Assembly: GCA_964342465.1 (NCBI GenBank) | Contig: CAYFFQ010000002.1 | Location: 156,635 to 220,634 of the forward strand | DNA: 64,000 nucleotides | Origin: an uncultured Candidatus Poseidoniales archaeon | GTDB lineage: Archaea > Thermoplasmatota > Poseidoniia > Poseidoniales > Thalassarchaeaceae | Direction: 5' to 3' | In this document: piece by piece, positions 61,100 through 64,000 of the stretch | Layout: every line of letters begins with the position of its first letter | Position numbering within the stretch: the first letter of the stretch is position 1 | Position numbers and translations under genes: made by a program | The notes under the pieces: generated by a model | Seen by the model: only the letters and a program-made list of their open reading frames with translations | What the model was told of the DNA's origin: nothing | The model's database searches: none

Positions 61100-63748
61100 T
61101 CATTCATCATTCTTGGACCCGTTTTCTCTCAGGCTGTCTGCAGCGAGAAGAATCGGCATCAGACCAAGAGCGAGTACGAGGGAGAAGATGACTGTGAGGG
61201 AGGTGACCACACCGAAATCCTGAATCACCGGCATTGGGGAGAACCCGAGCACTATGAATCCGCAAACGGTGGTGCCAGCAGAAAGTACCAACGCCGTTCC
61301 GGTCTTCGAGTGCATCTCCTTTATCGCTTCCCACGGCTCCAAATCTTTCTTCAGTTTCTCAAATCTTCGCCACACATGGATAGAGTAGTCTATGCCGAGA
61401 CCGATGGTAAGTGCGGTGACCATCACCGTAAGCACATTCCAATTCAGATGCAGTAGGGCCATCGCTCCGACAACCCAGATGGCAGCGATTGCGACTGGGG
61501 TCACAACGATTACTGCAGGGCCGATTCTGCGAGTTAAGGCGACCAGCACGATGGTCGAAACCACCAGACTGATTGCAGTTGATTCGATTTGGGATTTGGT
61601 TAGACCCTGCAGGACAAGATTGAGTTTGACGGCATCACCAGATACGAACATGTCGGCCTGCACACCGTATTTTCCTGTCGATTGTTCAATCACCTTTTGC
61701 AGACCTTCCACCGCTTCGATGGATTCGCTGTTCGAGGAGACCTGTATCATCACCTCATACCTCAGGTATTGGATACATCCCCCCTCACACCCTACATCGG
61801 AATCGAAGGTGAATGAAGCGACCGAAGCGACCCGTTCCGACCAGGTGGCCCCACTCAACATGTCCCCTGTACTCTCATTTCGAGAGAGAGAGAGTAGGGC
61901 TGCGACGGTGTCACCGGCCTCGTAATCGTTGAGAACTCCGAGGTCATCCCCCACTAGGGTGAGGTTGTAGAAGAAACCGAACTCCTCATCAGCCCTGATG
62001 GCATCTCTCAGAACCGTATGGGCAGACTCGACCATCGCCTCGCCACTTCCGGCGGAGCGAGGAATCACTACGCGGGGGGAAAGTTCAATTCTGTGTTGCA
62101 TCTGATTATCTGCCTCGATGAACTGCTCATCGTCGGTGATGAATGACTCGCCGGCCATGGGCTGAGAGAGGATGTAGACCGGCCGCCATCCCGTAGCCTC
62201 GTAGGAGTCATAGATATCATTCCTAGTCTGCATCACTTCCATGTCGGAATCGAGAAAATCGCTCAAGTCAAACTCCGTCTCCAATCTCGCTGCTGCAAGC
62301 ACCACGCTTCCAACCGTCATCATGACCACCAGAATCAGAACGAAAGCCTGTGTCTTTCTCTGGGTAATCACCACTTCTCTTGCGGTATGTTTTATCTTGG
62401 CCCAATGGGATTCTGGTCTGAATTTGTGATGGCTCCTCTCCATCAATACATGCATGGCTCCGACAACGATGGTAGAAGTCACAAACGCCGAGACCACCCC
62501 GAATGCAAGCGCCATGCCGAAGGCTTGCACTGGTGGAAGGGGTGAAACGACATTGGAGAGGAAGGCGGCAACCGTTGTCACAACCGACAAGGTCAGAGCG
62601 AGGTACAAGTCATTGAGGGCGAAAGCCCACGCTTCGGGTGTCCCATCTCCCGACGACCTCCTCCTCTCGTAACTCCTCTGTAGGTGTATCGAGTAATCAA
62701 TCCCCAGCCCGAGAACCACAGGTGCCACGGCGACATGCAGAACGGAGAAGGTAGGAGTGAAATAAGCCAATGCGCCGTAAGTCCAGATAATCGCCATAGA
62801 GAGGGCGGCGAGGGGAAACAACACACCTCGGAAAGAACGAAATGCCACCGCGAGGATGACGACTACTACAGCCAAGGCGCCGGCTATGAGCCAGACAAGA
62901 TTATCGATGGTTCCTTCATTTATGTCATAACTGAGCACATCATCTGAGATGACCCCATAATCAAGGGGGCCAGATTCCGATAACTCATCAAACTCGGTTC
63001 TCAGAAGGTTGGCCATCTGCTGACGGCTGATGTCATCCAAATCCTCTCTGACATAGAAGACCCACAGGGTGCTTGATGCAGAAGGCGTGGCATCGCCTTC
63101 ACTGCGGTTTGAGTCAAGCCACGCACAAGTTGTATCCTCGAATCTAAAATCTCGGTTGAGAAGTGCATCTCTCCCGAAACTCGCCATCATCAACAAGTCA
63201 TCACTTGCAGCACCGTCCATACATGATACATCGGAGTCCAGTGTTTCGTTTAGCAGAGATTCCCAATCTGTGGCAGTGGCTAAATCGGTTGTTGATGATG
63301 ATTCATCCAATCCCCTCTCCACAACATCTGAAACCGCTATGTATTCAGAGATGAAGTGTCCATGACTGTTCGACCAATTCAGTATCAACTGAAGGTCGGA
63401 TTGCTGTTGTTGCAAATGTGAAATTGAGAGTATGTTGCCGCCATCGTCAGCTTCCACATGAACAAAAAGGGGTTTCCTCTCCTGTCCAAATGCCTCTTCT
63501 ATTCGCACCTCTGCAGTCTCATGTTCACCCCTCGGTGCGAACTCATCCAAATCGGTATGGAACGATGGCAGCGGAAACAAGGCATAAGAAAATAGCAGGG
63601 TGAGAATCATCGCTCCGGCAAGGATGAGTGATGAACCGGATTTGAAGATGGAAGTGAGAAGGGCGATGCGCTCTGTCACATCGCTCCCACGCATGACTAT
63701 GCCCAGCCTCAACCCCTTCATAAGGAAGGAGGCGATGCGTTTTCCCAC
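61100..63748 (-). CDS. RND-superfamily exporter (MMPL / COG1033-like, two 6-TM bundles with large external loops)
   Basis: It is 882 aa with the topology TM, large loop, 5 TM, TM, large loop, 5 TM. Both halves carry SSD-like GLGIDYSIH motifs. Confidence 0.8.
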   Translation of the reverse strand: MGKRIASFLMKGLRLGIVMRGSDVTERIALLTSIFKSGSSLILAGAMILTLLFSYALFPLPSFHTDLDEFAPRGEHETAEVRIEEAFGQERKPLFVHVEADDGGNILSISHLQQQQSDLQLILNWSNSHGHFISEYIAVSDVVERGLDESSSTTDLATATDWESLLNETLDSDVSCMDGAASDDLLMMASFGRDALLNRDFRFEDTTCAWLDSNRSEGDATPSASSTLWVFYVREDLDDISRQQMANLLRTEFDELSESGPLDYGVISDDVLSYDINEGTIDNLVWLIAGALAVVVVILAVAFRSFRGVLFPLAALSMAIIWTYGALAYFTPTFSVLHVAVAPVVLGLGIDYSIHLQRSYERRRSSGDGTPEAWAFALNDLYLALTLSVVTTVAAFLSNVVSPLPPVQAFGMALAFGVVSAFVTSTIVVGAMHVLMERSHHKFRPESHWAKIKHTAREVVITQRKTQAFVLILVVMMTVGSVVLAAARLETEFDLSDFLDSDMEVMQTRNDIYDSYEATGWRPVYILSQPMAGESFITDDEQFIEADNQMQHRIELSPRVVIPRSAGSGEAMVESAHTVLRDAIRADEEFGFFYNLTLVGDDLGVLNDYEAGDTVAALLSLSRNESTGDMLSGATWSERVASVASFTFDSDVGCEGGCIQYLRYEVMIQVSSNSESIEAVEGLQKVIEQSTGKYGVQADMFVSGDAVKLNLVLQGLTKSQIESTAISLVVSTIVLVALTRRIGPAVIVVTPVAIAAIWVVGAMALLHLNWNVLTVMVTALTIGLGIDYSIHVWRRFEKLKKDLEPWEAIKEMHSKTGTALVLSAGTTVCGFIVLGFSPMPVIQDFGVVTSLTVIFSLVLALGLMPILLAADSLRENGSKNDE

Positions 63749-63804
63749 GGCCCTTTTTTCTCCAAAGGTTCAAAATGGGGTCGCAGGTCGCCGAAGCGAT
63801 AATC

Positions 63805-64000
63805 ATGGGCGTCAAAGTGCTGCTTAACGAGGGAAGAGAACTCAGAGTGAGACTGGTGGGGGAGAGCCATACCGCCCTACAACTGTTCCGTTCACGGCTC
63901 AACAACAATTCAGATGTCGAATATTGCAACTACTTCATCGGGCACCCAGGTCTCGATGAACCAGAACTCTACCTCCGCACCAAGAAAGGAAAGAATCCTT
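63805..64000 (+). CDS. rpoL: DNA-directed RNA polymerase subunit L (Rpo11), 5' part truncated by the window end
   Basis: The ATG at 63805 opens MGVKVLLNEGRELRVRLVGESHTALQLFRSRLNNNSDVEYCNYFIGHPGLDEPELYLRTKKGKNP, which fits the RpoL/Rpb11 pattern (G E.HT..N.L...L.....V.....Y...HP). It is absent from the ORF track because no stop codon lies inside the window. Confidence 0.7.
   Translation, partial: MGVKVLLNEGRELRVRLVGESHTALQLFRSRLNNNSDVEYCNYFIGHPGLDEPELYLRTKKGKNP

Overview
This window reads as an archaeal chromosomal segment with about 90% coding density. The archaeal call rests on tiaS, aIF5A, RFC large subunit, Cbf5, DGGGP synthase, GPN-loop GTPase, a DUF106/YidC-like insertase, archaeal-type CMP kinase, TrmY and a partial rpoL. 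A planktonic Thermoplasmatota/Euryarchaeota origin is only a guess, based on the giant Ca-binding-repeat surface proteins. I support about 46 protein genes, 3 tRNAs (Gln-UUG, Glu-CUC, His-GUG with encoded G-1) and 4 intergenic tandem-repeat arrays. I found no rRNA, CRISPR array, transposase or integrase. Housekeeping genes include glyS, rfcL, trkA-trkH, srp54, surE, argF, ribA, hbd and a 1765-aa Lhr helicase. They are interrupted by cell-envelope content: an 11.1-kb two-gene operon for a 2380-aa subtilase and a 1319-aa WD40/PstS-like/thrombospondin-type-3-repeat protein, a 794-aa CARDB surface protein, two archaeosortase-like membrane proteins, and gmhA/gmhB. The most unusual observations are these. 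(1) A cytoplasmic protein of about 990 aa carries SmB-like PPPPPPGM repeats, and the cytoplasmic tail of the 1319-aa surface protein ends in a 24-residue segment with WW-domain spacing; together they may form a proline-motif/reader pair. (2) Four tandem arrays are present; three are built from duplicated gene-boundary sequence (two convergent stop codons, a start-codon module, and tRNA acceptor fragments) and the fourth lies between two genes. (3) A DEAD-box helicase has its Q motif and Walker A upstream of any canonical start codon. (4) There are two archaeosortase paralogs, and the candidate substrates carry atypical C-terminal signals. All functional calls come from motif recognition by eye, since no searches could be run.
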